From assembly GCA_041690135.1 (NCBI GenBank), contig JAWLHY010000003.1, positions 800,001 through 864,000 of the forward strand: 64,000 nt of DNA, in the 5' to 3' direction. This document shows positions 20,396 through 31,362 of the stretch, piece after piece; the first letter of the stretch is position 1, and every line of letters begins with the position of its first letter. The stretch is from Armatimonadota bacterium (GTDB lineage: Bacteria > Armatimonadota > SYMT01). The position numbers and the translations under genes were made by a program. The notes under the pieces were generated by a model that was given only the letters and a program-made list of their open reading frames with translations, ran no database searches and was not told the DNA's origin.

Positions 20396-20761
20396 TCTGG
20401 ATCCCTTCCCCCTCGTGGGTGTTCCGGGCCGTTTGCGGCGAAATACCCGCACCCGGAGGTAGCTGGCGCCTCGCGGGCGCGATATACAATCGTTCTACGG
20501 GAACGCTACGCGAATGCGGCGGTGCGGCGAGAGAATGCGCCGGGCAAACGGCCAGGGCGCCACTCCGCATGCAAATACCGCTGCTGCTTGCTGGTGCGTT
20601 CCGGACCGGTGGGATTTCCCGCCTGACCTATTGTCGGTCCGGTAATGCTTGCCTCCAGCGTCCGCGTTCCACCGAGCGCATCCGCATGTTATTCGAACTG
20701 ACGCTATCCGGTCAATGACCGCCGCCATGAGGCAGGGATTCCCTGCCTGCGAACACTCCCC

Positions 20762-21757
20762 ATGAAGCCCTTACTCGCCCTTACCGTGGGGGACCCGGCC
20801 GGAATCGGTCCGGAAATCGTCCTCAAGGCGCTCGCGGAGCCGGAAGCCCGCGAGCTGGCCCGCTATCTGGTGATTGGCCCGCACCAGGTGATTGCGGACA
20901 TGCACCAGCGGCTGCGTTCTCCGTTCGAGCTTTCCCTGGTTTCCGGCGTCGAGGTCCTCGACTCCGTGCCCTCGGGGAATTTACCGGTAGTATCCATTGC
21001 GTTCGATCCGGCCTCCGCTTTTCCGATCGGGCAGGTGAGTGCCCGCTCCGGGAAGGCGGCGGCGGAGGCGGTGGAAGAGGCCGTGCGCCTCGCGCTGGGG
21101 AAGAAGGTCGACGCCATCGTGACGGCGCCGCTCAATAAGGAGGCGCTGCAGGCCGCCGGCTATCCCTACCCCGGCCACACGGAGATGCTGGGGGCGCTCT
21201 GCAACGCCCGAGCCTCCATGCTGCTCTGGTCGCCGCGGCTGCGGGTGGTCCACGTGAGTGTCCACTGCTCGCTGCGGGAAGCGATCGAGCGCGTGACCCG
21301 GGAGAACGTCCGCGCGACGATCCAGCTCGCCCATGACGCGATGCGGCGGCTCGGCGAGGACCGGCCCCGGATCGCGGTGGCGGGCCTGAACCCGCACGCC
21401 GGGGAAGCGGGGATGTTCGGGACCGAAGAGCGGGACGAGGTCCTTCCGGCCATCGCGGACGCACGCGCGGCCGGTCTCGACGTTTCGGGCCCCTGGCCGC
21501 CCGATACCGTCTTCCTGCGAGCCTCGCGGGGTGAGTGGGACATTGTGGTGGGGATGTATCACGACCAGGGCCACATCGCCGTGAAGCTGTTCGGCCTGGA
21601 AGACGGCGTGAACGTGACCCTGGGTTTGCCGATCATTCGCACCTCCGTGGACCACGGGACCGCCTTCGACATCGCCGGCCAGGGGATCGCCCAGCACGAG
21701 AGCATGCTCCAGGCAATCCGATTGGCTACCCGGATGACGATCAGCGGACAACGGTAA
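20762..21757 (+). CDS. pdxA: 4-hydroxythreonine-4-phosphate dehydrogenase (PdxA family)
   Basis: GDPAGIGPE, TAPLNK, GHTE, GLNPHAGE, MYHDQGHI, RTSVDHGTAFDIAG. Confidence 0.95.
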   Translation: MKPLLALTVGDPAGIGPEIVLKALAEPEARELARYLVIGPHQVIADMHQRLRSPFELSLVSGVEVLDSVPSGNLPVVSIAFDPASAFPIGQVSARSGKAAAEAVEEAVRLALGKKVDAIVTAPLNKEALQAAGYPYPGHTEMLGALCNARASMLLWSPRLRVVHVSVHCSLREAIERVTRENVRATIQLAHDAMRRLGEDRPRIAVAGLNPHAGEAGMFGTEERDEVLPAIADARAAGLDVSGPWPPDTVFLRASRGEWDIVVGMYHDQGHIAVKLFGLEDGVNVTLGLPIIRTSVDHGTAFDIAGQGIAQHESMLQAIRLATRMTISGQR

Positions 21758-21910
21758 GCCTGGGCCGCACCCCAACGACCCGAACCGGGGAGCGATTTGC
21801 TTGCTGCTTTGTACACCAGTCGATGGAATTCAGGGTTTGCTTGGGGCGCGAGCCGCGGCTTGTGGCACAATTGAAAAGAAAAGTCGCTCGGTGTACGAAA
21901 GGAGAAGGGC

Positions 21911-22570
21911 TTGAGATCCTGGAAAACGTTCGTGCTTTCGCTTCTTGCCCTTGGGCTCCTCGGAGCTGCCAGGCCGGCTGCGGCGCAAACGGTGCTGATC
22001 ACCAACCTGTATCACGATTTGTATGCCCTCAACGAGATCAGTTCCTCTAATGTCATCGGGCAAGCCTTTATAACCGACGGAGTAGCGCGCAACCTCCACT
22101 CCTTCGACGCACCCCTGGATTTCCATGACGGCGCGCTGCCGTCGCAGGTCACGGCGACCCTTTATAGCGTGGACAGCGAAGGATTCATAAATTCAGCTCT
22201 CAAGACATTGAGGCCCGCCTCCAGCCTGGGTGGCAACCTCTACCGCTTCGCGGGAGACAGCTTCAATCTGAGCCCGTCCACGAAGTACTTCATGGTGCTG
22301 GGTATGACCGGCACGGGTTACGCCCATTGGGAATTCACGTATTCTCACGAAAAACAGGGGCCCGGTTCTCTTGCGCTTTCAGGCTTCAAGGCGATGGCGT
22401 TCTCCACTGACTCAGGTGGGACGTGGCGACACACGTCCGCTTCCAACGGTGTCCACCAATTCCAGGTGAACGTGAACGACGTTCCCACCGAAGCCGTCCC
22501 CGAGCCCGGCGCCCTGCTGCTCTTCCTCCCCGCCCTGGGCGCCGTAGCCCTCCTGCGCCGCCGCCGTTAG
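21911..22570 (+). CDS. PEP-CTERM sorting domain exported protein
   Basis: Signal peptide; C-terminal VPEPGALLLFLPALGAVALLRRRR. Confidence 0.9.
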   Translation: MRSWKTFVLSLLALGLLGAARPAAAQTVLITNLYHDLYALNEISSSNVIGQAFITDGVARNLHSFDAPLDFHDGALPSQVTATLYSVDSEGFINSALKTLRPASSLGGNLYRFAGDSFNLSPSTKYFMVLGMTGTGYAHWEFTYSHEKQGPGSLALSGFKAMAFSTDSGGTWRHTSASNGVHQFQVNVNDVPTEAVPEPGALLLFLPALGAVALLRRRR

Positions 22571-22575
22571 GTTCA

Positions 22576-22773
22576 GTCTCGCGCCAAGCCGCCAAGCCGC
22601 CAAGCAGTAAAGGGGACCTGTCTCTCGCAAAGACGCAAAGAACGCAAAGGAGAAGGGGGGAGCCGTAGTTGGTACGGCTCCCCCCTTCTCCTTGAGCAGA
22701 ACCTGGTGCACAGCCGCCTCGCCTCAAGTTTCTTCCAATTCCCTCTTGGCGGCTTGGCGGCTTGGCGCGAGAC
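22576..22773. repeat. MITE-like unit with 29-bp perfect terminal inverted repeats and an internal hairpin
   Basis: GTCTCGCGCCAAGCCGCCAAGCCGCCAAG at 22576 and its reverse complement ending at 22773; inner AAGGAGAAGGGGGGAGCCGTA/TACGGCTCCCCCCTTCTCCTT stem. Confidence 0.8.
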
Positions 22774-22786
22774 ATCGTCCGGGGGG

Positions 22787-24253
22787 TTAGCCGAAGATGC
22801 CCTCCACGATCTTGGCCTGGATCAGCTCGCGGGGCTGGTTCAGGTGGTTGTAGACGATGGTGTCGGGACGGATCCCGAGGGAGTAGTAGACGGAAGCCAG
22901 GATCTCGGTGGGGTGGACCGGGTCCTCGGCGGGGCTGGAGGCGGTGGCGTCGGACTTGCCGTACTGGACGCCGCGCTTGACCCCCGCGCCCGCCACCAGG
23001 CCGGTGTAGCAGTAGGGCCAGTGGTCCCGACCGTCCGGGGCGTTGCCGTTGCCGGAGGTGGAGACGCCCATCCGCGGGGAGCGGCCGAACTCGCCGATGG
23101 CGACGACCATGGTCTCCTCCAGCAGGCCGCGCTGGTGCAGGTCTTCCAGCAGGGCGGAGAGGGCGCTGTCCAGCTTGGGGCAATGGAGATCCTTCAGCGG
23201 GCCGAAGTTGGCGGCGTGGGTGTCCCAGGCGGTGGTCTTCGGGTCGCCGTTGGCCACGGAAGGCCAGTTCACTTCCACGAAGCGGGTGCCGGCCTCGACC
23301 AGGCGGCGCGCCAGCAGGACGCTCTGGCCGAAGGTATGGCGGCCGTAGCGGTCGCGGACCTTGTCCGGCTCCTGGGTGAGATCGAACGCCTTGCGCGCCC
23401 GGCCGGAGAGGATAAGGTCGTACGCCTGCTCGTAGTACTTGTTGAGGGCGTACTTCTCGACGGCCTTCTGGACTTCGGGCATCTGGGCGTCCAGCGACTT
23501 GCGCAGGCCCGCGCGCCGCTCCAGCCGGTTCTCGGTGACCTCCGGGCGGAGCTTCAGGTCGTCGATCTTGATGTGGTTCATCTTGTCCTGGTCGGTATCG
23601 CCGCCCGGCGGGAACAGGTAGTAGGGATCGTACGCCTTGCCGAGGAACCCGGCGGTGCCGCCCTTGTTGACCACGCCCGACTCCTGCATGGGGCGGGGCA
23701 GCATCACGAACGGCAGCATCGGCTCGGACGGCGGCTTGAGCCGCGCGATCTGCGAGCCCCCGTGCGGGAAGTCGGTGGGGGAGGGCGGATCGAGCTGTCC
23801 GGACGGGGCGACCTTGTCCGGGGTGTAACCGGTGACCATCTGGTACATGGCGGCCGTGTGGTTGAAGAGGCCGGCCGGCGTGTAGCTGACGGAGCGGATG
23901 AGGGTGGCCTTATCGAGTTGCTGGGCCAGCAGCGGCATGTGCTCGCCCACGAACGTGCCGGGGATCTTCGTGGGGATCGGCTTGAACTGGCCGCGGATGT
24001 TCTCCGGCGCGTCCGGCTTGGGGTCCCAGATATCGATGTGGCTGGGGCCGCCCTGGAGGAAGATGAAGATGACGCTCTTCGCCTTCCCGAACGCCGCCGC
24101 GGACCCGCCCGCCGCTTCCACCGCTTGAGCGGAGCGGAGCGCGAGCACGTTGGGGAGGGAGAGCCCCATGAGGCTGATGCCCCCGATGCGGAGCAGGTCG
24201 CGCCGGGTGAAGCTGTCGCACAGCCTTCCTTTATTTCCCTGGATTGTCAGCAT
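22787..24253 (-). CDS. DUF1501 family protein
   Basis: TRRDLL; [16 protein letters not shown]; WDTH; GEFGRSP; GRDHWP. Confidence 0.93.
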   Translation of the reverse strand: MLTIQGNKGRLCDSFTRRDLLRIGGISLMGLSLPNVLALRSAQAVEAAGGSAAAFGKAKSVIFIFLQGGPSHIDIWDPKPDAPENIRGQFKPIPTKIPGTFVGEHMPLLAQQLDKATLIRSVSYTPAGLFNHTAAMYQMVTGYTPDKVAPSGQLDPPSPTDFPHGGSQIARLKPPSEPMLPFVMLPRPMQESGVVNKGGTAGFLGKAYDPYYLFPPGGDTDQDKMNHIKIDDLKLRPEVTENRLERRAGLRKSLDAQMPEVQKAVEKYALNKYYEQAYDLILSGRARKAFDLTQEPDKVRDRYGRHTFGQSVLLARRLVEAGTRFVEVNWPSVANGDPKTTAWDTHAANFGPLKDLHCPKLDSALSALLEDLHQRGLLEETMVVAIGEFGRSPRMGVSTSGNGNAPDGRDHWPYCYTGLVAGAGVKRGVQYGKSDATASSPAEDPVHPTEILASVYYSLGIRPDTIVYNHLNQPRELIQAKIVEGIFG

Positions 24254-24270
24254 TGCGGGCCTCCGGTTTT

Positions 24271-24374
24271 AAGGAGCGCAGTGCAATCCCTACGGACGCA
24301 TGCGCTGCGCACGACGTATAAGGAGCGCAGTGCAACTGCGCGCGAAGTTTGGTCCTGCAGTGCAACTGCAGGAC
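24271..24374. repeat. Short REP-like repeats GCAGTGCAACTGC
   Basis: AAGGAGCGCAGTGCAA twice and the palindromic GTCCTGCAGTGCAACTGCAGGAC. Confidence 0.55.
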
Positions 24375-24387
24375 ATCAATTCTGGCT

Positions 24388-27111
24388 CTAACGGTTGAAC
24401 AGGAAGGCCGGGCTGTTGATGAGGGCCCACATGAGGTCCTGGGCGCCTTCGCTCCGGTCTTTCGCGGTTTGGATGTGCTTGACGGCCGTGTCCAGCTCCT
24501 TCGCCGTGGGGAGCCGGCAGAAGACGGCCAAGTAGATCTCTTCGACGAGCTTCCGGTTCTCCGGAACCTCTTTCACCAGGCGCGCCACCCGGCCGTTGGG
24601 GTCGGCGATGGCCGTGGCGATGGTGTCGCCGTTCATCAGGTTGAGCGCCTGGGCCAGGCTGACTTCGCTGGAGCGCTCGCACTCGCAGGGGCTTTCGCGT
24701 GACGGCCGGCCGAACAGGTCGAGGAAGTTGGTGTTGGCCACGCGGGTATCGGGAAGCTGCTGCGCCCGGGTGCCGGAGGGCACGCCGGGGTACTTGGGGT
24801 AGCTGCCCGTAGCGTGGCTGATGGCGTCCATGAGCTGTTCCGCGGTGAGCCGCCGGGCCACCTGGTGGGAGAAGTTGATCTGGTCGTCCTCGTTCCACCG
24901 GTTGGCGGCGATGCTCGCCTGGTAGGTGCGGGAGCTCACGATGGTGCGCATCAGGTGGCGCAGGTCGAACCCGCTCCGGATGAAGTCCGCCGTGAGGGCA
25001 TCGAGGAGCGGCGCGTTGCTGGGCGGGTTGCTGTTGCGGATGTCATCGACCGGGTCGATGATGCCACGCCCCAGGAAGTAGCTCCAGATGCGGTTGGACC
25101 AGGACTTCGCGAAGAAGGGGTTTTGGGCCGCGGTGAGCCACTGGGCCAGCGCCTGCCGGCGGGTGGCGGGCGTGGCGCCGCCCTGGAGAGCCGCCACCGT
25201 GACAGGGAACTCCGGAGCGACCACCGTCCCCTTGCGCGGGTGGGTCACCTCTCCGGTATTGCGGTCGTAGATCGACTCGTCGCCGCTGGGGCCCGGCTTG
25301 AACCCGACCTGCGCGAAGTAGGCGCCGAGCTGGTAGTACTGGGCCTGCGTCCAGCGCTCGAAGGGGTGGTCGTGGCACTTGTTGCAGGAGAACCGCACCC
25401 CCAGGAAGAGCTGCGTGACGTTCTCCGTGGCGGTGGAGGTGTCGCGGATGACGCGGAAGTAGTTGCTGGCCGGGTTCTCGAAGGCGCTGCCCGTGGAGGT
25501 GAGCAACTCGCGGACGAACTGGTCGAGCGGCCGGTTCTGGGCGATGGAAGCGTGGATCCAGGCCCGGAAGGCGTGCATCCCCTTATCGCCCAGGTACTTG
25601 CGGTTCACCTGGAGCAGGTCGGCGAACTTGTAGGTCCAGTGGTCGTCGAACTCGGGGGAGCGGAGGAGGCGGTCGATGAGGCGTGCACGGGCTTTGACGG
25701 CGATGGTTTGCCGGGAGTTGGAACCTCGCACCGGGGCAGTGTAATGCGTATTGCGTATTGCGTAATTCGAACCCATGGGTTCAGATGTTGCTGCGGTTAA
25801 CCGAGCGGTCTGCTCCCCCGGTCCCTGCGCCCTTGCGCCCTTGCGTTCTGCCAAACCGTGCTCGCTCTGTAACCTACTGCCCCCTGCCCCCTGCTCCCTG
25901 CCCCCTTGCGCTTTGGCGACAGAAACCGCCCGCAGTTCTTCCGCACACTCGGATAGGAACTGGCGTGTTTGCTGGGGCGTGGGGAGGGTGCCGGTGAGAT
26001 CGAGGGTGACGCGGCGGAGGAAGTCGGCGTCGGAGCAGTAGGGGGCGGGGAGGGCCTTGATCCGCTTCAGTTTGAGATCGACCAGCTCGTCGACGAAGTT
26101 CTGCTGGGGCGCGGCGACCCACTTCCAGCCGGTGCGGTCGCCCAGGACGGTGAACTCGTTGGTGGCGAACTGCCCCTCGTAGGAGACCTGGACGGCGGTC
26201 TCCCCGCGGCGGACCGTGGTGACTCGCCCATGGTCGTCCACCGTGGCGACCTCGGGGACACTGCTGGTGTAGCGGGCGTCGCGGGTGACGTCGCGGGTGG
26301 TACCGTCGTCGTAGTGGGCGATGACGACCAGGTTCTGCTTCTGGCCGGGGAGCGGGATGGTGGGGTGCTTCGGCAGGACCTCGAGGCGCGCGACGCGGCT
26401 GACTTTCTCCACGTCGGACTGGACGCCCTCCGCGATCCACTGGCGGATAACGTGATAGTAGCGGCTGCCGCGGTCGAACACGAGCCCGCCCTGGTGGGGC
26501 ACGTCCTGCACCGGCTTCTGGAGCATCAGGCTGGAGTCGGGCGCGGCCCGGTTGAAGCGGCGGCCGCTGACGTCATCGACGAGCGCCTGGTAATCGAACT
26601 CCAGGTCGTAGCCGCGCAGGGAGAGCTTGAACCCGTTCTTCCCCGCCTGGGCGCCGTGGCAGGTGCCCTGGTTGCAGCCGGTTTTGGCGAGCACCGGCGA
26701 CACGTCGCGCACGAAGCTAATGGGCGGCGCGGCCATGCTCTTCACCGTGAGGGGCAGCGCGATCGTCTTTCCGGCCGCCCGGATCGTAACGCTTCCCTTC
26801 CCCACCTTCTGCGGCACCAGGTAACCGCCGGGCGCCGCCTGCACCAGCCCACCCACCGGACGGAAGACCGCGCTGCCCGTGAGGTCGACCGTCCCGCCGG
26901 ACTTCGTAATGCCGGTAACGAGCACTCGCCGGATATCGCGCTTGTTGGCCAGGGTCAGCGTCGCGGGCAGCAACTGCAGCCGCACCACGGCCCGGCCGGG
27001 ATCCGCCTTCCGGACCGCCGGTTTCGCCGCGGGGGCTCGCTTTGGGGCGGGCGCGGCTCCGGCCGGCAGGGCGGTTCCGGCGGCGAGGAGGAGGGCTAGG
27101 GAGTATTTCAT
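24388..27111 (-). CDS. DUF1549/DUF1553 (PSD1) protein with Ig-like domains, carrying a ~80-aa in-frame insertion
   Basis: GCNQGTCHG, FKLSLRG, DADFLRRVTLDLTGTLPT, FSCNKCHDHPFERWTQ, IIDPVDD, CECER. Confidence 0.92.
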   Translation of the reverse strand: MKYSLALLLAAGTALPAGAAPAPKRAPAAKPAVRKADPGRAVVRLQLLPATLTLANKRDIRRVLVTGITKSGGTVDLTGSAVFRPVGGLVQAAPGGYLVPQKVGKGSVTIRAAGKTIALPLTVKSMAAPPISFVRDVSPVLAKTGCNQGTCHGAQAGKNGFKLSLRGYDLEFDYQALVDDVSGRRFNRAAPDSSLMLQKPVQDVPHQGGLVFDRGSRYYHVIRQWIAEGVQSDVEKVSRVARLEVLPKHPTIPLPGQKQNLVVIAHYDDGTTRDVTRDARYTSSVPEVATVDDHGRVTTVRRGETAVQVSYEGQFATNEFTVLGDRTGWKWVAAPQQNFVDELVDLKLKRIKALPAPYCSDADFLRRVTLDLTGTLPTPQQTRQFLSECAEELRAVSVAKAQGGREQGAGGSRLQSEHGLAERKGARAQGPGEQTARLTAATSEPMGSNYAIRNTHYTAPVRGSNSRQTIAVKARARLIDRLLRSPEFDDHWTYKFADLLQVNRKYLGDKGMHAFRAWIHASIAQNRPLDQFVRELLTSTGSAFENPASNYFRVIRDTSTATENVTQLFLGVRFSCNKCHDHPFERWTQAQYYQLGAYFAQVGFKPGPSGDESIYDRNTGEVTHPRKGTVVAPEFPVTVAALQGGATPATRRQALAQWLTAAQNPFFAKSWSNRIWSYFLGRGIIDPVDDIRNSNPPSNAPLLDALTADFIRSGFDLRHLMRTIVSSRTYQASIAANRWNEDDQINFSHQVARRLTAEQLMDAISHATGSYPKYPGVPSGTRAQQLPDTRVANTNFLDLFGRPSRESPCECERSSEVSLAQALNLMNGDTIATAIADPNGRVARLVKEVPENRKLVEEIYLAVFCRLPTAKELDTAVKHIQTAKDRSEGAQDLMWALINSPAFLFNR
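25700..25950 (-). repeat. In-frame repeat-derived insertion, copy 2
   Basis: Encodes LAERKGARAQG...RLTAATSEPMGSNYAIRNTHY, versus LAGRKGAEAQG...RLTAAASDPRGSGYAKRNTQY in copy 1; boundaries approximate. Confidence 0.8.
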
Positions 27112-27190
27112 GGGCGTTGGGCGTTGGGCGTTGGGCGTTGGGTATTCGGGTGTTCGGGTGTTCGGGTTTTCAGGGGTTCAGGTATTCGGG
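27112..27190. repeat. Heptamer (GGGCGTT x4) and octamer (GGGTGTTC-like) tandem repeats
   Basis: Visible directly upstream of the PSD1 gene start. Confidence 0.8.
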
Positions 27191-27591
27191 AGTTGGTGAA
27201 TGGAAGTAGTCTCGGATGGCGGCACTGTAGGGAATGTGACGCCGCTCCATTCCGCCGCTCGCGAGGTTGATCTTGCTTGGCCAACTCGTGCGCACTATGG
27301 CTTCCAGTCCCGTAGAAGGTGCTCGCTCTCCCGGCCATTCGGCCCCCCGGCCTGGGCTTCGCTGGATTAGGATGAAGATTGGGATAAGGATAAGGACGTT
27401 CTTGGGCTGTTACAGCTTCCGCTTATCAGTTCGGAGTGCCCTCTTCGGCGCTTTCGGCCCCCCGGCCCCCAATCCTGGGGGAGTCTGTTCAACGTTACGG
27501 GTTCTCAACGCTATGTGTAGAGTTCGTCTCCAGTTGTTTCAGCGATCAGGATGTGGATTACGATTAGAGTCGGGGCAAGGAGGCGGCGGGT

Positions 27592-28986
27592 TTATTTGTT
27601 GCCGGCGGCGACGACGATCGGGACGGGGAGCAGGATGCTTTTGAGCGTGCCGGTGGGCAGCTCGTAGAGGCGGACCTGGCCGTCGAAGCCGCCGGCGGCG
27701 AGTTGACCGCTCTTGGGGTGCCAGGCCAGGGTGTGGATGCTGCCCTGGTGGCCCTTGAGGGTGGCGACGCGGCTGCCATCCGCCGTTTTGTAGACCCGCA
27801 CCTCGGCGGAGCGGCCGCCCACGGCCATCAGGGCGCCGTCTGGGCTGAAGGCGAGGGCGTGGATCGGTCCGTCCAGCTTCTCGAAGGTCCGCAGCAGGTT
27901 GTAGTCCTCCCGGTTCATCGTCCGCGCCTGCTTCTTATAGATGGAGTAGTAGCGGACCAGCCCCTCCTCCCCGCCGACGGCGACCTCGTCCGTGGCCGGG
28001 TTGCGGGCAATGGCGAAGTAGCCGCCGTTGTAGACCTGGTAGTTGACGTCGTCGACGAAGTTCTTCGTGGCGATCTCCACGAGCTTGATCGCCTTATCGC
28101 GGCTGGTGCTCACCATGTGGGAGCTGTCGCGCGTGAAGGTGGTCCCGAACACCCAGTCGCTGTGGTTGTCGAACTTGAGTAGCGGCTGGAGCTCCGGCAC
28201 GGTGTGCAGGTACACCGACTTCTCCGCGCTGCCGCAGGCCAGCTTCTTTCCGTCCGGCGAGAAGGAGACGCCGTAGAGGAGATCGAAGCCGACCTCCACC
28301 GACCGGACCTGCTTGCGGGTGGCAACCTCCCAGAGCTGGATCTCGCCGAAGCGGCAGGAGTTGCCGCCGACCGCCGCCAGATACTTGCCGTCCGGGCTGA
28401 ACGCCACGCTCTCGATCCGCTCGCTGCGCCCCACGAGGCGACCCACCAGCCCGCTGCCGTCCGCCTTGTGCAGCAGGACCTCCCGATAGCCGTTCACCGC
28501 GAGGAGGGCGCCGTCCGGCGAATAGGCCAGGGTGGTGGTGACCGGTAGCTTGGGGTAGACCGGCGGGTGCTCCGCGCTGATGGGGTCCTTCGGCTGGGGG
28601 GTGTCGTCCTTCCCGCCCTGCGCGATCCAGAGGCGGATCGTTTCCACCTCGACGGCGGAGAGGGGCGGGGCGTCCTTCGGCATGGAGGGCTTCTTGCCGC
28701 TGATCGACTTGTAGAGGGGACTATCCGCCGGTTTGCCGGAGACGAACCCCGGCCCCGCGACCCCGCCGGACTTGAGGGCGGCGTAGGTGACTACGCTGAG
28801 CTTGCCGCTGCGGTTGCCGGGGAAGTGGCAGCCCTGGCAGCGTTTGGCGAGGAGGGGGCGCACCTCGCGGTGGAAGCTGACCGCTTTGCTGCCGGCCGGG
28901 GCCTGGGAGAAGGCCGGCAGGGCGAGGCCCGCCAGGAGCGCGCTGCCCGCGCCGAGGAGTAGGGGAAGGGAGTACTGCTTCAACAT
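27592..28986 (-). CDS. Planctomycete-type cytochrome c domain plus WD40 repeat protein
   Basis: SFHREVRPLLAKRCQGCH, MP...WIAQG; repeated AFSPDG and GH...AWHP. Confidence 0.9.
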   Translation of the reverse strand: MLKQYSLPLLLGAGSALLAGLALPAFSQAPAGSKAVSFHREVRPLLAKRCQGCHFPGNRSGKLSVVTYAALKSGGVAGPGFVSGKPADSPLYKSISGKKPSMPKDAPPLSAVEVETIRLWIAQGGKDDTPQPKDPISAEHPPVYPKLPVTTTLAYSPDGALLAVNGYREVLLHKADGSGLVGRLVGRSERIESVAFSPDGKYLAAVGGNSCRFGEIQLWEVATRKQVRSVEVGFDLLYGVSFSPDGKKLACGSAEKSVYLHTVPELQPLLKFDNHSDWVFGTTFTRDSSHMVSTSRDKAIKLVEIATKNFVDDVNYQVYNGGYFAIARNPATDEVAVGGEEGLVRYYSIYKKQARTMNREDYNLLRTFEKLDGPIHALAFSPDGALMAVGGRSAEVRVYKTADGSRVATLKGHQGSIHTLAWHPKSGQLAAGGFDGQVRLYELPTGTLKSILLPVPIVVAAGNK

Positions 28987-29119
28987 CGAGGAAATACTGC
29001 CATCGGCTTTCTGCCGGCTTTTCAACGGCTTTCCAGAGCTTGGTCGGCCCGCGAGAAGCGACCCGAACAACCGCAAAGTGTTATGAGAGCGGCCAATTGC
29101 CGGAGTTGCGAGAATCTTG

Positions 29120-29370
29120 GGTACGTGATGCGTGTTGCGTAATGCGTGAGGCTTGCGTGCGTGGCGGGTGCGGGGGGCAGGGATTTCGCCTCGAACGTGG
29201 GGAGGCGTGAGGCGTGAAACGTAAGGCGTGAGGCGTGAGGTCTGGGGCAGGGGCGGGGTTGGTTTGGCATGGGTGGGTTCTGGGGTGTGAGGCGTGGGGT
29301 CGGGTGCTGGGTGGCTGCATAGGGCAGGATGAGTGCCTCGAGCGCATGGAGACGTGATGCGTGAGGTCTA
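29120..29370. repeat. Degenerate heptamer tandem repeats (GCGTGAG/GCGTAAT)
   Basis: gcgtgatgcgtgttgcgtaatgcgtgag; ggcgtgaggcgtgaaacgtaaggcgtgaggcgtgag. Confidence 0.65.
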
Positions 29371-29932
29371 GACACAGGAGGGGGGCGGGGGCATGGAGTG
29401 GTGGGGTGATCAGAGGGTGCGCTGCGCGGGCCAACACGAAATCGCGAAAGCCCATACGGGCCCGTAGGGAGCGAAATCACGAAAGGGAACGGTCGAGGTG
29501 GCTGCGATGGGGCTTCCTGACACGGAGGAGCCGGAGGCGATGGAGGGACACGTGGGCGGATCCGCGACTGAAGGGGATGCGGTGAATGGTGCAGGATGAG
29601 GCCGGGGCAAGCGAGCGTTGCACGTTTTTGCACGTACTTGCACTCCTGGGGGCTGATTTCTGGAGGTGCGAGGTGAGAAGGGCGAAGTGCGAGTTGCCCA
29701 TGGCCTTCTGCCCACTGCCTCCTGCCTTCTGCGCCCGGGTTGGACGAATCTGGACGGTTTTGGACATGGGAAGAAAAATCTGGGGCCTCCTTCGCGGTAC
29801 TGGCATGAGGAACCCCTTCCGGCGGCTGGCACTGCGGGGTGCCTGGTCGCCGTGGCTCCCAACCTCCCAATAGTCCGGAGCGGTGGGAATCTCAACCCCA
29901 ATTTTGGAAATTAGTTCCAACTAATGTTTGCG

Positions 29933-30080
29933 GAGGGTGGGGGGGAGTTGCGGACCCGTTTTGCACGCCTGCCACGAACCTGTTTCTCCGCGCAGGTCAG
30001 TGAGGCTTGCCGGAGTGCCGGCGCTTGCGCGGCCTCCACTTGGTGTACCGTACCTGCCCAGTAGCTTGCACGCACCTCTT
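29933..30080 (-). mobile_element. MITE-like family C, degenerate copy
   Basis: Reverse complement shares ACTGGGCAGGTACGGT, CACTCCGGCAAGCCTC, GACCTG and GAAACAGG with 56020-56189. Confidence 0.65.
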
Positions 30081-30142
30081 GGCGGTCGGATTTGGTGCGT
30101 GGAGCAAGGATTGTGTACTGGGCTTCCGAGGGGCGTGGGGAT

Positions 30143-30551
30143 CCATGTCGGCGGCCGCTCACCTTGACGGCACGCAACGTGGTGCGGGTTCAAGGACCCG
30201 GCTCGGTTTGTCCGTGTGACCTCATCCCCAACCCCTTCTCCGACACAGAGAAGGGGCTATCGGCGTGAACCCAGTACGACGCCGTACTTTCCGCAGAAGC
30301 CACCGGTCACTTTGGCCGACATTCTGATCGCCCACCAAGCCCCCACACGACCGTGATCGTCGAGCCCGTGAAGACCAGAGCCATCCCTGTACTGCGCGAG
30401 GGCTTCCCCCTTCCCTGCGTCGGAGAAGTTTACGCCCCGCGGGAGTGGGGGACCGAGGGGGATGAGGTTACCGCGGTCACCGCAGCCGTTAGTATTGTCG
30501 CACTCCAAGCCTTGCAGCACCCTGGTAGACCGCTGGATGCGTTGGCCACGG
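30143..30551. repeat. Giant-spacer cassette A1
   Basis: REP-like arms CCCTTCTCCGACACAGAGAAGGGG and CCCCCTTCCCTGCGTCGGAGAAGTTTACGCCCCG; followed by a CRISPR repeat at 30552-30580. Confidence 0.8.
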
Positions 30552-30580
30552 CGGTCCACCCCCACGTGCGTGGGGAGTAA

Positions 30581-30901
30581 TGCTTCGTCTCACCCGTGGG
30601 GGCGCAGCTACGTTGCTCCGTCCTCTTGCCCCAGGGTGCTACCGTGGGGTCGCCCCCAGCCCTTGCTTTGGGCCACCGCCCTCCCGCGTGTTAAGCCTCC
30701 GCTCGGCCTTTCACGCTCCCTGCCCGCCAGCGGGCGCCCGTCGCTAGCGGCCGGCTCCGGCGTGCAGCCCAAGACCTGGGCTCCGCGCTGCGGACGGGCG
30801 CTTGGCCTAGTCGTGGCGTGGACGGGCGGCGACCCGACAGCTTCGAGCTATCCCCCCGTCCGGGGAGATCACATGGGCCCGGCGCTGCCGGGCTACGGTT
30901 T
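30581..30901. repeat. Giant-spacer cassette B1
   Basis: Core CTACCGTGGGGTCGCCCCCAGCC...GAGCTATCCCCCCGTCCGGGGAGATCAC...GCCCGGCGCTGCCGGGCT, between repeats at 30552 and 30902. Confidence 0.85.
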
Positions 30902-30930
30902 CCGTTCACCCCCATGTGCGTGGGGACCCA

Positions 30931-31333
30931 TTTCCGTGGTCGTTCACCTTGAGGGCACGCAACGGGGTGCGGGTTCAAGGTCTCGATCCGGTTTGGCCGT
31001 GTGACCTCACCCCAACCCCTCTCCGACGCAGAGAGGGGCTATCGGTGTGTGCCCAAGCCGACGGTGCATTTTCCAGAGATGCCGTCGGCTACGACTGCCG
31101 ACGTCCTGAACTTCCACCAAGCCGCAGCGCAACCGTGACCGTGACCGTGGAGTCTGCGAAGATCAACACCAGTCCTCTACTGCGCGAGGGCTTCCCCCTT
31201 CTCTGCGTCGGAGAAGTTTACGCCCCGCGAGGGTGGGGGACCGAGGGGGATGAGGTTACCGCGGTCACCGCACTGGTGGACGATGACGTGCCAGCGCCTT
31301 CAGAATCCGGGTGGAACGCTGGTTGTCGTGCCG
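30931..31333. repeat. Giant-spacer cassette A2
   Basis: Closely similar to 48020-48461; between degenerate repeats at 30902 and 31334. Confidence 0.85.
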
Positions 31334-31362
31334 CAGTTCATCCCCACGTACTTGGGGACAGT

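Noticed and set aside
29022-29920. ORFs in the region between the WD40 gene and the CRISPR locus
   Set aside because: Low-complexity Pro/Arg/His translations of heptamer repeats; no credible protein
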